The translations under genes and the position numbers were made by a program. DNA of 64,000 bases from Raillietiella orientalis (lineage: Eukaryota): NCBI GenBank assembly GCA_036172245.1, contig JAYWIR010000028.1:1674001-1738000 (forward strand), read 5' to 3'. The notes under the pieces are model-generated. The model did not search any database and had not been told where the DNA came from. It saw only the letters and a list, made by a program, of their open reading frames with translations. Shown here piece after piece: positions 25,480 through 38,387 of this stretch (the first letter of the stretch is position 1; each line of letters starts with the position of its first letter).

Positions 25480-28400
25480 TGCAGTTTCCACCACATTCAG
25501 AGCGTTATCCATGAGCGCTTCTCAGGATGCAGATCGCAAAGCTGCAAACATCTTTGGCGCTTCAGGGACAGCAGTTCAAACTCATTAAAGCTCTCAGTAA
25601 AGTTTTATCGCACCGTGGACGATCTTGGGAAAAAAAGCGTTTCCAATGAATCTTTCACAGTTTCCTCTGTCTAAGTACCTCGGCTGACCTTTTACAGCTC
25701 TTTGGCTGGTGGCCCATTTTCTGGGGCAGAAAGCCACAGGTGCCATAAACCAATAGAGATTCAGTTTCGGTTTCAGAGGATGCTTTCCTAAATCCAGCAT
25801 CCAGGGAGTCACGCTCCGTAGTGTCTTATCGGTCACATCTGGGAAGGACGAGGCGTGATGATTTGGTAAAAAGCTTTCGCCTCTCACGAAGAAACCTGCT
25901 GTAGCCACGACAGCCACGAGAACGCCATGACGTCATTGGCATCGCATTCATTTCCCGCCGATTCCGGAAGAGTGCACCACATTTGCTCAAGGCAACTTAC
26001 AAGCCGATGCTGTCGGACTTTCCGCTCTTGCAGTCGCAAGGCTTCCAAAGTTTTGATTCACTTCTTTCACTGGTGATCCTTTGAACGCTCACTACCGTAT
26101 TGCAATCTTCGAATGTGACCGTCGATGTATACCGAAGGCGATGTGTGAGGTGCCCCTCGTGTTAGACGAGGAAGAATGTTCCCTTGCTGACGATGGTTTC
26201 CTTCACATATTTATTTGCAGAACGCTTTTTTCCAATGCCCTCATCGAGAGATCCATTCATATCGGTTGAGGATTCGTCCACCAAAGGATCCGACATCTAC
26301 TGTTCGGCCAATCTTTCAGGGTCATGTTCATTTTAGGGGAAGGAGTGACCCTCAGAAAGTCCAACTGTCGCCGAACGTGAGCCTGGAAAAGCAGCGACTT
26401 CCAAGCGCAAGTGGGAGCGCAAGGTCTTCCAAACTCCCTGTCCTCCCGAAGATGAGCGCGACGAGTTTCGAAGCCCAGGTCTCAGCTGCCCGTGCCCTAG
26501 CAGATGCACCGAGAGGAAAATGATGACCCATGCGTTCAGAAGGACTGCCTCGGGCTATCCGAGGAGTGTCTAGGTCACGACAGATGGAATGCGAAATTCC
26601 GTGTAATCTTCTTCCTTGAGCGTAATGAGGCCCTCTTCTGGTTTCCAGCACACCTAAATTTCAGTGGGTGGGGCGCCCAGGACAGCTCACGCATTGGAGT
26701 TTCTTTTCCTTTCCGCAGTGATGCTCATTTTCTTCAGGCCGCACTTCACGCTGATTTCACTTTCTGAGATGCGCAAAAGCGCAAGAATCCTGCACTGACC
26801 CCATATAATCTGTCCTAAAGCAACAGAGTCCACTGAAGACAACATCCGCGGTACTAACCAACTCCTTCTTGGAGAGATCGACTGATCTCTCGCAGTTCGC
26901 TGGTCTTTGCGAATTGATGCTCGTTTCTGGATTGCACTCGTTGTGAAATTCCGGTTGCCTTCGACGTTTCTTTCCTCCTCCTCTGGACCACACCACGAAC
27001 GAGTCCAGCTTTCAAGTATTTGTGTAGGGCGGCTTTCTCCATCCGATGAGTTCCATCTACGTGCTGAATTTCGTCGCTCGCCAGTGGTCGAGTCTTGCTT
27101 TACCGTTAATCAGGCAGGAATCTGTCCGTGGGACCACCCAACCAGATGCAGATCTCTCTTTTTTTTTTTTTTTTTTTTTTGAGAACAAAGGAAATATGAT
27201 GAAATCTTCAGCAGTCGGCGGCACATTCAAAAATGTCTTCTGCGGTTTGAGCCTGGAACAATGGAGCAGAGAAGTTCGTTTCCCCAAAGAGACAGCTAGG
27301 TGTGTGCCCATCAACTGATATCGATGGACCAGAGTTCGAGACTTCGAATGGGAGGAAACACTAATGGGAAAATCATAGGGAACGTGCAGCTCCCACAATC
27401 AGGTTTCCCATTAGAATTTCAGATGAATCATTTCAATTCACTCGTTTCGAATTCGTCTCCATGAAGTTCCCATTTCAATCAACCAATGTCATCAAAACAG
27501 CCCACCACTGCGGGAGCAGCAGCGGTGGGCCGCAGTGAATGCTGCCCATTCCGTTCTTTACGACCCTTGGATGCGAAATATTCAGAATAGGGGCGCGCTC
27601 CTTGCTAATGTAAGGAAGGGGAGGGGGGAAGTCTGGTGGCTGTGGATGCCCGATGTTTCGTAAAACAAATTTGCAAAAATTCCTTTTTTTCTTCTTTTTC
27701 AATGGGAAGTGCGAATCGATTACATTAATCCACGAATTCATTCCGACGATAGAAATGCGGTCTTATGATGACCGCGCTACAGAACCAAAGTAAAAAGCAT
27801 GAAACAAAGACGGTTTCCAAAACGACGGGAAAGAGCGGCAGCACCACGCAGAGACCTAAGAAACTGAAACGAAGATTGCGAGGAGGAGCAAATTCGACTT
27901 GGTCCGGCTGCCATCTCTTCCTCTCTTTGCGATGTCTGCCTGTGGCATCACTCAGAATGCCTGTGGTTCATGTTGCCTCATAACATGGTGGCTCCGTCTC
28001 TGATCAAGGAGAGCATCAAGGAGGACCAAATTTCTTTTCGCGCCAAGTGTGCTCACCACTTCGAAGAAATGAAAGCAGCGGAGCTCCCTAAACAGTGAGC
28101 GAAATGCGGAAGACAAGAGGGGCGCTCAAGAATCTTGCTCCAAGAAACCCTCTTGCTTCCGGCGTCTGGAGCTGACTTGACTTTCGACCATGGAGGCTTT
28201 CCCTTTCCTTGCTTGAAACAGAAAAAAAAATCAGGTCTTCAGTGTTCATTTGGCCTGACTGCATGTGTGTCTCACCAGCGCATTAATTACTGGGAATAGG
28301 TGGATCGATGAGTGGAGGAAACAGATGCTGATAGACCTCGGACGTTTGGGCAAAAACTGTTTCTGACCGTACGAACTATCTCTCTCCCGCTGCTCTTTAA

Positions 28401-31400
28401 CCTCATGGCCTGTGGAGCAAATTCCTGGTAGCCGTGAAAACGGGACGGTGTTCAGAAACCGAGGAGTTTCTTGAACAGTAAGTTACAGATGACGTCCAAA
28501 CTATTATTCTAATGACACCTTCACCTTTTTATTCAAATGGGGGCGCTTCTCCAAAGAAACTCTTTGCTTTCTACAACTCATCTTATGCTTCAATTTTCTC
28601 ACTCCCCCCCCCCCTCTCTCTCTCTCTCCCCCCCCCCCTCTGTTTCAAAAGCTTTTTGCTACGAATTACCCTCTCCGCGCGTCGTTCCTCTCAACTGGGA
28701 GTTGGCATCCAGTGATGTGAAGAATATCTCTTAGAGAATCTAGAATGCGCCTTCGTAATCGTCTTTCGGATCCAATCTTCACCTTTCGTCTCCATGGAAC
28801 CTCGAACATTTTTAAAATGCTCCACTGATCCTTCTCCTGGAAAAGGAATTCGACGCTCTTGGTTTAAGTGGGGGCCTTACGAAAGAATTTCTTTCCGAAG
28901 CTCGCAGCCCAGGAGCAGTTCGCAAGCGCTTCCTAGAGTAAACAAAAAGCACCACCGCTTTGTTCGAGTCGGATCTGATGCTCGTTGAGGTCATCTGGAC
29001 GGGGTAAATTAACCACTCTTAAAAGCAACTCTCAAGAACAAACCCAACGATTCTTCCAGAGACTGTGTGACTTTGCATTCCTTCGAACGACTTGGGATTC
29101 GCACACTTGTGGAGACAGCACGAGCGTTCGTGTTCATAAACCATCTTCTCGAATTTGAAAGGCAGACGGCTTCTTGAGAACTTTGTAGAGCTCCTTCCTC
29201 CTTGAAAAGCTTTGAGGGAAGTTCTACCATACCTGCACTCCCTGGGTATAAGCTACAACGAAGGTCGAGCAGTTATTCCACGATTCGCAGCGAGGGAAAA
29301 GATTCATTTGGCGACATCTATGAGTAGGTGTGGTAACTGACAACAAGCGGATAAAATTCGTGTGTGATCATCACCGGCGGAAAATGGGTGTGTCATCAAA
29401 GAAATGAGGCCTTTCTTTGCCTCCCATTCATGAAGGCAGCTTAAGGGAAAACCAGGAGGAAGCACCAGAAATATGGGAGAGGTTCGCGACATGGAAGTGA
29501 ATTCTTTTAGCTTCTCAGGGGGACTCTTAAAGTCTTTCCCACCTAAGATGTAATCAAATAGAAAATCAATGATGCACATCTGCTCCTGAATGATCGCGAT
29601 ACGGTTTTTGAGATGAGCGCCTTTTTTTTTTTTTTTTATCATCATCTCGTTTCTTTACGATTTTCATGATTATCCCCTTGGATCCAAGGGTATACTACCT
29701 ACTACTCATTCATTCGCTGATCATCGTTTCGCATGTTTGCGAAGGTTAGTGATCTGTTAATGACTACGCCAACGGCACTTGCCATCGTCAACAGACGTGA
29801 TGTGTGCGTAAAGGAAGCTCGGATGCCAGCTGGAATTTCAGGCGGCTCGGGGCTTTTCAGATTTCTCGAAAAATCCCTTCTGAAGAAAAGATTGTGATTA
29901 CCCATGTGTTCAGGTGGATAAGAACTGCTATCACTGGAAGAAGGTCGCACATCCTCGAAGAGTCCGCAGGTGCTTGTGCCTCCTCTGCTTCTCTTCTCTG
30001 GACCACAGCTAGCGAAATGCTTCCGGTGGCGTCTCGCTCCAACAGCAGCTGATGAGCCTCTGTGGATTCTGACGTCAAACCTGAACTGCCGAACGGCTGC
30101 AGCAGCCTGCTCCCCAGTTTGTGGTTCAGTTTGTTGGTCCGATATGCGATAGGGAAGCAGGAGAATAGGGCATTTTCCTTTACGCGGAAAAAAAAACGCG
30201 TTCCTTTCTGGTCCTTGCTTGTACTGATTCCCTCCCTCCCATCTCCAACCAATTGTACTTAAACCGCGGAAGCAATTAAATACTGCGGATGGAATCAGCA
30301 GCTTTCGAAATCTATTAGGACGAAATCAGGGTTATCGAGGTTCCCCATTCGCTCAGGGGAAGGCAAGTTTGCAGCGGGGTATCCAAAAAGCCATCATCCA
30401 CATTGGTGGTGTGTTCATTGCAATAAAATAGAAGGAAGATCCGCAGCTCAGCAAAGAGGTCCGATTCAGTTAAGATTAAAACATGCTGCATGATTTCGGT
30501 ACTTCTTCCGTTTGGGCATCGACATCCGTGATGCTCCTCTGACATTTATCCACGCTGTGGATGATCACGTGTTCTGCTTTTTTCCGTATCCGTCGAGGAG
30601 CTTATGGAAAGAAGCGAACCTTAGCCGTAGATGAGACCCATCACTGTAGAAGTTAGGGGGTAACCCCGGGAGGGGAGCAGCCTGTCAATCTAGAGCCTGT
30701 TCCTCTCACGCTGGGTTAGGAGCCCCAAGGGAAAACTCTTCCCTATTCTCTCCGAAGGAGCCCCCGGAGGGGACCGCTCCTTTGTGTTTCAGCTCCGGAG
30801 GGGACCCGCTCCTTGTGTTTATTGCTCTGAAGAGAACCCCGAAGGGACGCTTCCGAATTTTCCCTGAGGGGTCGCTCCCGAGGGGAGCAGCGTGCGTGTT
30901 TCTTGACACACTGGAGAGGCATCAAGCAGATCCATGGCACGCGATGGAGGGTCCATTTGCACAGCAAAGGGGGAGCCAGAAAGCAACCGGCTCCTTGGTT
31001 CCTGAAAGGACCCTGGAGGGTCAGCTTCCGAACCCGGCCGCTCAACGGGGGCATCCGGTTTCCGGCTGTTTCCTCCAGCGCCACACCCGAAGCCTACAAG
31101 GCCAACCAGCGTCACCTTGCCGGGAGGACTCGAAGCACGCGACGCACCCTCCATTTCTCGGCGTCGACTCTCCACGTGGGGATTCGAACCCGCAACGTGC
31201 CACACGCGGAGACCACGCAGCCACACGACCTCCCCGCAGAAGTAGCTAATTAATAAAATAAAAATAAAGACAACTTATCTCCATGAAACGGAACTATCTA
31301 TTGGATCGAGAATCTTATGAAAACCAAGGATTATATCTTAAGTTTCACCTCAGTCCTCGAATAACCAAATCCCATGCCACGTCTAAAGTTCCTAACCTCG

Positions 31401-32250
31401 GTTCACACGGTTTCTGGAAGAATCCTGGAACTGCTCTCCGTGTTCACAGTGCAAAACCAATACGTTGGTATCACCAGTTGTACTGAAATCAATAGTTGTT
31501 GTACTTTCTTTCCCTCCCACACATTTTATAAGCATCGCTGACAGGCCAGGTATGGATCATCCCCTTGGGAAGAGTGCATGGGCCGCATTTTGCTGCATGT
31601 CGCAGAATACGTGGATGTGCCGCCTCTAACAGAAGCACAAAAATGGCGCCCAGCAAGTTCTGTGCGTTTCGCATCATTTTTTTCAACTGAACACCGGTGG
31701 CAAGGAAGGCATGGTTTCGAGAAGGTGCCATCGTCTGGAGAGGATGGCAGCATCTGCAATAATCCAGGTAATTGTGATCTGCTCTAACACCTGCAGTAAT
31801 CAGTGCCTTTCTCAGCGCACCCGGTGTAGCGTGGTGTGAGTTAGTAGCCTTCTCGATTGCCTTTGAGTGTGAGAGAGATGCTCATGGCTAAAGGAAAATC
31901 CTCAGGTGACGAATCCACGAGTGACGTGCTGGATAGCACCTTTCGGAATGCTGCTTTGCCTTTCATCCTTCGAATCTTTTAACCATCCTCTTTCGGGGAC
32001 GCACCCAAAACTGAAGCACCAACTCCTCCCGAGGCTTGCCAAGAAATAGAGCTCCGGGTATCCGCCTCGCACGTCCGGGACCTATCTGCAGCGGAATAAT
32101 GGGAAGACGAGAAGCCTGGTGCTGCACCGCATGCTGGAAGCTGATCGCCATCGAAACGTCCCGCGCCTCGGGGGTCCAGTGGGTCTCGCACCGCGAGGCG
32201 GTTCGAGATCGCTCCTGGTGCAGACGGGTGATGCTTGAGCAGAGCTCTCC
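25480..32250 (-). mobile_element. Near full-length degenerate BEL/Pao retrotransposon (gag-PR-RT-RH-IN), interrupted in gag by the tRNA-headed element
   Basis: RFDGD and SFQHAV...ARRIPGAL (DUF1759 gag, ~31980-32170), IIDFLFDYILGGKD (~29540), MVELPSK and SDPTRTKR..GPHLN (RT, 28860-29230), LWELHVPYDFP (~27380), LINGKARL...MELIG (~27050-27115), GKETPMRELSW (~26680), LPRLTRGAP..VYIDG and YWFMAPVA (integrase, 25730-26180). Confidence 0.7.
30657..31237 (-). mobile_element. tRNA-His-like-headed, multi-hairpin element (SINE-like or retrocopied structured RNA), copy 1
   Basis: Minus strand: A-box-like TGGCTGCGTGG (31213-31223), CTCCGCGTGTGGC, perfect B box GGTTCGAATCC (31180-31190), then a GC hairpin body collinear with 54019-54770 including 30/30 identity (30825-30854 vs 54483-54512). 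Candidate target duplication AGAAGTTAG (30648-30656) / AGAAGTAG (31238-31245). Confidence 0.75.
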
Positions 32251-32869
32251 CGAAAGGAATCGCTATGCACCCTCGATCCAGCATGGTGCTGAGGAAACCT
32301 CAAAGCATCTTCGTCATCGGCTGTTCTCTTCCCCGTGCACGATCACAATGTGTGTCACAGGAACGAAAATTCCGCTTTTTTTTTTCTTTTTTTTTTTTTT
32401 TTTAAAAACAAAAAAGGAAGAAAAAATGTTTGCATCCGACAAGAAGATTGCAACACGTGAGATGCGAATTCCCAATGAACACAAATCATTACTGCAAACT
32501 GCTAAACATCAGATTTGACTGCAGATGCCTGAAAGCCTCGATAAATGTTGGATGCAGGAAGAACAGCCTAAAAGCATGGGAGATTCACACATCGAATGCC
32601 GCAACTGAATAAAGGATGCCGCAGAATTACGTGATGAGTGGGCGACTCGCTCTGTGGAACTGTGGCTTTCACGTGGCCCTTCTTAGCAATATTTTTGCTG
32701 TCTCTGTGTGTGAAAACCTGGGTAAAATCTGATGCGATCTTCTCTAAGCTGACGGTTCGAAAGTAAGGCAGGAGGAAAAAGAAATCTCCCTGAAGATGAT
32801 TTGTTTCCTCGTGTTTTCTGACGTCTACAGTTAATTCATGTTTCCACTTTTATTCCTCCTCTTTACAAA

Positions 32870-35800
32870 GAGATGTCAGGTGATCAATGTCTCACGTCCT
32901 TCATCTTGATTGTCGCTGGGAGCGACCGGCGACAGAATCTTGCGAGCGCGTTTTCCCGAGACGAGCAGCTCAGCTTCCTGGATGCGACGATTGCAGATTT
33001 ATTTACCCCGCTTGAGCACGCAGGAACTGAAGGCGGCGGACACGGGAAGAGGGCAGGGGAGTCACCTCGCGTCCAAAGCTGCTGGATGCTGAGGAGTACC
33101 TTTCGAAGCACATAACCTGGGAGGGAGTCGTGGCAGCGGCGCTGGGATGCTGTGAAATTTACGACGACATTGCATACACCTTTGACGATTCGCAAGTTCG
33201 AGAGGTCTTCAGGTGCAGGCAAACTTGTGTGTTGGAAAATGGCGGATGGAAGGCTAGAGAAATGCCTGCCACGAAGATGAGTCCAGCACCTGGAAAGCCG
33301 TCTCCACGGAAAAAGTTCTGCGATGTTCCGAGGCTGCGAAAAACAGAAAAGGAAAAAAAAAAAAAAAACTTTTTCTCTGGTCGATGCCATTTCTGGAAAA
33401 GCTTCATTGCATCGTTGTATAGAGTTGCTTGAATACCAAAAGGTGACGGGGGGGGGGGGGAAAAAAAAGAAAAAAATGAAAATATCTGCATTTCGGTGCA
33501 GGTATTTGTCAGCAGCATGGGAGCGACTGATACATATCATAATGACGATATTCGTAAAACAGATGTTTCTTAGCATAAAATTTCTTACGCAAATTCTGTG
33601 AGTCGATACCACATGAATCCTAAGAGGATATAAATTATTCTCTCGAATCTCTTTATCCGGTGACGTCAGTTGTTTTCTCAAAGTCGCCTTACTCAAATGC
33701 ACATGTGTATGTTTACTGTACTGTGTATACTGTTCTTAAATATTGCAAGGAAAGCATACGACGCATGCTATTTTTGATGATTTGCACGTTTGAATGGCTG
33801 CAAATGAGTCCCCTTCGCGGCGTCAGTCTCATCCATCATCTGCCACGCGTCTCCGAAAATTCGAGAATTCAAACTCTGAAGAGAGAAAGCGATTTCCATG
33901 TGTGTTCAAGAGAGGCGGCTGCACGCTTACGAGGGCGAGGAGCTCTTCTTCCATCAGATTCAATGCGAGGCTGGTTGACCCTGCAGGACTTCCATGGCTC
34001 CTTACCTCAAAGTTTGGTTCAGAAGGAATGCAGCTCTTCCCACCGTAGCTGCCGAGTCTTCCGCCTTGAGTGTCTTAAAGTTCCCATCTTTGGCGATTCG
34101 GTAAATCGCAATGTGCACTCGCAGCCGCAGGCTGGCGGGCAGGGACCTCAGCAGAGAGCTGCTGAGGTCCCGTCGACGTGAAACTTTTGCGGCACATTAC
34201 GTCAGCAGCCGATGGAGGACGGAACACGGGAAACGCTTTGGATGCAGAAACCGTCAATTTCCCACCGCAGTGGCTTGTGGTTAACTCAGTTTCGGAAGGT
34301 GCACCGGGAACGGCATGGAAGAGATGATCTGCAGATGCCTAGACCATCTTCGTCACAGATGAAAACGCAGGCAAAGCACAACGAGGTAATGCCTTCGCAT
34401 GAAGATCATCTCGGATGAAAGCATAATCCGATGGAAGCGAACCTTTCCGAAACAGAAGAAGGCACGTGATAATAGCTTGATGTGTGGTCAAACTTCCCAG
34501 TCCAGAAGAATCTTCAGGACTCGGGACGCACCTCGAGATTCAGGGAGCAGGGCGTTTTTACGAGTTCGCTCGGGAACACGTCGGAATGCCTTCCGCTCGG
34601 ATCTCCATTCGGCAGGCGCCTCCAAAGAGGAGACCCCACGGCTTTTTATTGCCTTGGTCTGTGTGGAGCGAATTCCGAGTCTCAGGGACTGGGTTCTTGT
34701 TTTTCACTGAAGTTGCCCTGGCGACGTGTCTGCCGGCAAGGTGCCTGAATCCTATTAGCCCTGAGAGTAAAAGTATTTATGGTGAACGGAAGGCAAATGA
34801 GCACTGCCGTCCTCAGGTTCAAGACCACCATGGCACGGACCAAGATAAAGATGATCTTCGCTTAAATAAACATGAATCTCGGAACAAAGTATGAAGTGTG
34901 GTCCCCTTTATCACAAAGAGCAATCAAGATTTTCCTGATTGCTCGGTCTCCTTGACTCTCAGGATCAAGAGGCCATGCTTTCATCAGTGATATGGGAGAA
35001 CAAAAAGAGGTGGGAATTCATCAGAAATGAAATCGACAAAAGTTCGTTGATTTGAAAGTTGCTTACAACTTCCAGAAGCTGAGGTCCTCACATGCGGCAT
35101 ATCAACTGCTTTGAAACGCACTCAGGATGCAACGAAGAATCCAACCTCGCGGAAAAGTGATGACCAGAAGAACCCTTCGGTGTTTTTCGAGCATTTATAA
35201 AGATCCTGCAAAACGATGGCAGGTTGCCGTCGTGGGAGACATTTCCCGAGTCACATGATTGGCATCAGCCTGAGGCCATGTGCGCGCATACTCATAAGCT
35301 TTGCAAGATCCTCACAGGCACAGAAACTCTGTGAATTGGAGCGGGTATAAGGGATAGGGGGTAATGCATCCCTGGTACTCCGGGACGCACATCTCGGTGC
35401 TCTGCTCCTTATTTCGTGATCCAATCAGAAAATCGAGGAGTAGGAAGCTGAGAGATTACACTACATTCAAGAATCCCTTCTGCTCTTGCACTCCTGACTT
35501 GGAAACTTTTGATGGACACTCTACCGCGTCTCGCTGACCAAAGTTGAGATCATGAAGTGGTCCACTGGGAGGATTCCGTTTTGCTTTGGCCGATGAGGTT
35601 CAGGCAAGGAATTGAGAAAGGATGCGCGTTTCGCGTGTGTCGCTCATAAGCCGAAGTTGCAATGTGAATCCCTTCTCAACCCTTCGTTTTCAACGCAATG
35701 ACTCAGGTAGATCTCCTGTCGTTTCAGAGTGTGTGGATTGATGCAGACTCCAATACTCGATTTGCACGGGCGCAAACACCCTCAAAGGAACATTTCGAGC

Positions 35801-38100
35801 GTATCCAAGGCAACCTCACTGGAGAAATGTGCTTGGGGTTACTACATATCCTTAGCATGCGAAAAGCAAGGGGAATTCATTTGTAAGGTGATGTACAAAT
35901 GTTTTCATCTTCAAAATTAATCACACGTCCTTTTCTATCTTCAAGTGAGTTTTTCCAGACGCTTATCTTCCTCCATCTTGCATAGGAATTACAAATCATA
36001 CATCATTTCTTCTTGACTGCTGCCTTCCCGTGGATAACACAGCATTCCAGCTCTTACCGCGTGTGACTCACCTAGCAACTGTGATTTCAAAGTAGCAAAT
36101 GGAGGGCGAACATTCGTTAAGATCTTGCAAGGCTTCCAGAGATAGGCGAAGTACAACGGGCAGTTGGATGCCGTCCAGCTCCGTAGGACGAGCGTTAGGG
36201 GCCGAGGCACGATCTCGATGGTGTGGTGGTCGCCACGTGACCTCCAGGACTCCACAGCAACGCGACGCAGTTTTGAGCGCCAACGGAATCATTGCAAAGC
36301 GCTCTCTCACGAGATCTGCTCCCCGAACTTCGCTGTTTCGGTCACCTGCACCACTTTCGCCTTCGCATGTTTTGGTCAGATCGTCATGGCAGCCACCACG
36401 GCGTGGTTTCCTCGGGACTCGAGACCGTTTCCTCTGGAGCTGATTCGAAGGCAGGTCGTTGGGAGGGAGCGTCCTCGTGCGGCTCAAGACCTCACGGATG
36501 CGGATCTCTTCGAGAAACATTCGAGGCTGCGCGAGATTTGTGTGCCAAGAGATTTGTGATCTGTGCAAACGAATCCCCTGCTAATGCTAACCTTGCAGTG
36601 GAGTCGTATTCAGAAGAACAAATATTCTTCCCCAGGGAGTGTGGAGCTGTAATTAATTTTTTTTGCCTGGATTCGAAGACGCGCATCTGATAAGTATTCC
36701 ATCTGCTCAGATGAAGAGGTCAGACTCTGGAACCAATGATAAACGGATTTTTTTTTTTACGGATGCTGACTTTGGAGCCATGCCTAGGATTCGAGCATCA
36801 TTAAGATCACACATTCTGTGTTCTCGTAATTTCTCATGACATTTTCAGAAATGCGTGGGTGTGGGTGTCTTCAAAATAAAGCCCGGGCGGCTTGCTCGCT
36901 ACCCTACGACGCGTTTCGTTCTCCTGGAAATCCCTTTAAGATCTTTGAAGGACCAGAGTAGCTCATTAAGAAATTCATTCCGAGAAGAACATTGAAAAGC
37001 GGGAATTCGGCCGTCTGCTTACATCAATTCAGCCACGGTTGCTCCTATTCGAAAGAATTGCATGTTGAACGAGCTGTTCCATTTCTACGAGGAAAAACAA
37101 TCATCTTCTTTCTGGGAGACTCCACTTTAGGATGACACGTGCAGAAGGCCTCATCCACATCTTAGGAAGATTGCAAGCCACAACTCCCTTCCGGTAACTT
37201 GCCCAAACAGCATCTTCCTGAAAACGAAATCATAGGATGTGTAGAAAGGCACCCGAAGGGGCATCTAAGAACGTGGGAGAACTTTGAGGCGGTGCGCTTC
37301 CGATGCGCGAAGCTTCAGTATTCCCCACACCTTCCTAGTTTTCGCTCGCACCCCTTCATCTTCACAACCCCACGACTGGCAACCGTGACTTTTCGTGATT
37401 GCAGTTTATGAGAAATCTCGTCTCTTGCTCTTCGGCTGATCCCCGTGCCTAGGAATGTCCTTAATGGAGCGCTTGCTCTTTTCGCAGACTCCCTGCAGCA
37501 GCTATTAAGACTCAGCAGCCTTGATGAGATCCCACTGCAGCTTTTAGCATACCATGCGAAGTGATGGTAGTTCTCTGAAATAATGCACGCTCTCATCTGT
37601 GTGCTCAGGCTAAGTAACCTCTCCGCGAACCTGTGGAGTAATTCACTGTTATCGCCGCTCGAGGGGACAACGAAAGCAAACTGATTTCCGTGGAGAGCGT
37701 CTTTCGTGTGTTCCTGCACACGAAGCCTCTCCAGCTTAGATGATGATCATCCGTTCTCCTTTCCCTTCGAAAGACCAAGTGCCGTCGCGCAACACGTAGC
37801 TGGAGGCAATTAAACCGCCCACATTAATAACCCCGAATGCGTTTTCGGATCCACAGTGTGGTAACCCTTTCAGATGTCATCCGCACTCGCCTTTCCGTCG
37901 AGGTGACTTGCATGCACGGCATCTGCGACAGAGACTCGCACACGCTTCGGCTGTACATATACGAAAGCTGCAACGGTACGGAGAAGACCAGCATGGCCCC
38001 TGGGCAAGGATGGCACTCGTGAGGTTGGTACTCTTCTGCGGCGACCAGCGACTCCGAAACAGGATGACTGACCTTTCAATCTTCACGCTAGTGACCTCCG
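32870..38100 (+). mobile_element. Degenerate BEL/Pao retrotransposon (gag knuckles-PR-RT-RH-IN) with a Gypsy insert and an inverted integrase core
   Basis: Decayed zinc knuckles CCEIY...VREVFRCRQTCV..GGWKAREM (33145-33265), RGALLPSDS (protease, ~33940), KEETPRLF...PSLRD (RT, ~34625-34690), ISVLCSLFRDPI (~35390-35425), VSLISRS (~35640), GKDG-LVRLV (DUF5641-like, ~38000-38030). Confidence 0.6.
35990..36720 (-). mobile_element. Gypsy RT-connection/RNase H fragment nested in the BEL element
   Basis: DRNSEVRGADLVRE...PLAL (DAS..G.GAVL.Q...PIA), HTIEIV..LTLV...YLWKPCKILTNVRP (Y.TIE.E.LA.V...YL.G..F...TDH.PL), AFESA..VSSP. Confidence 0.55.
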
Positions 38101-38387
38101 AGGGCCTCATCTCACATGAACATTCAAGAAACAAAACAAAGGGAAAAAAATGAAGGTGCCAAATTGTGTACCTTGATCTGACCTATTCTGCCCTGCAGCA
38201 CGCTTGAGGTCTTCATCGGCGCTTGCAGCTCTGCTTATTTCGATGGCGTCTGTGTTCTTTATTTTATTATTAACGCAATGACGGAAGAAGTGCATCTAGA
38301 TGGAAGGAGTTACGCAGGTTTGCACAAGTCCCCACGTAGCGGCAGAACTGTACACGTTGAATACCAGTTGCTAAAGCAGCGTTAAAG

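Noticed and set aside
30711..30720. CCTAACC as a telomerase template in the tRNA-headed RNA
   Set aside because: Not conserved in the 54-kb copy and too short to be meaningful.
36900..36972. Minus-strand hammerhead-like CGAAACGCGTC with a stem II
   Set aside because: Core reads TTAATGA, no stem I, and the interval fits plus-strand BEL coding remnant.
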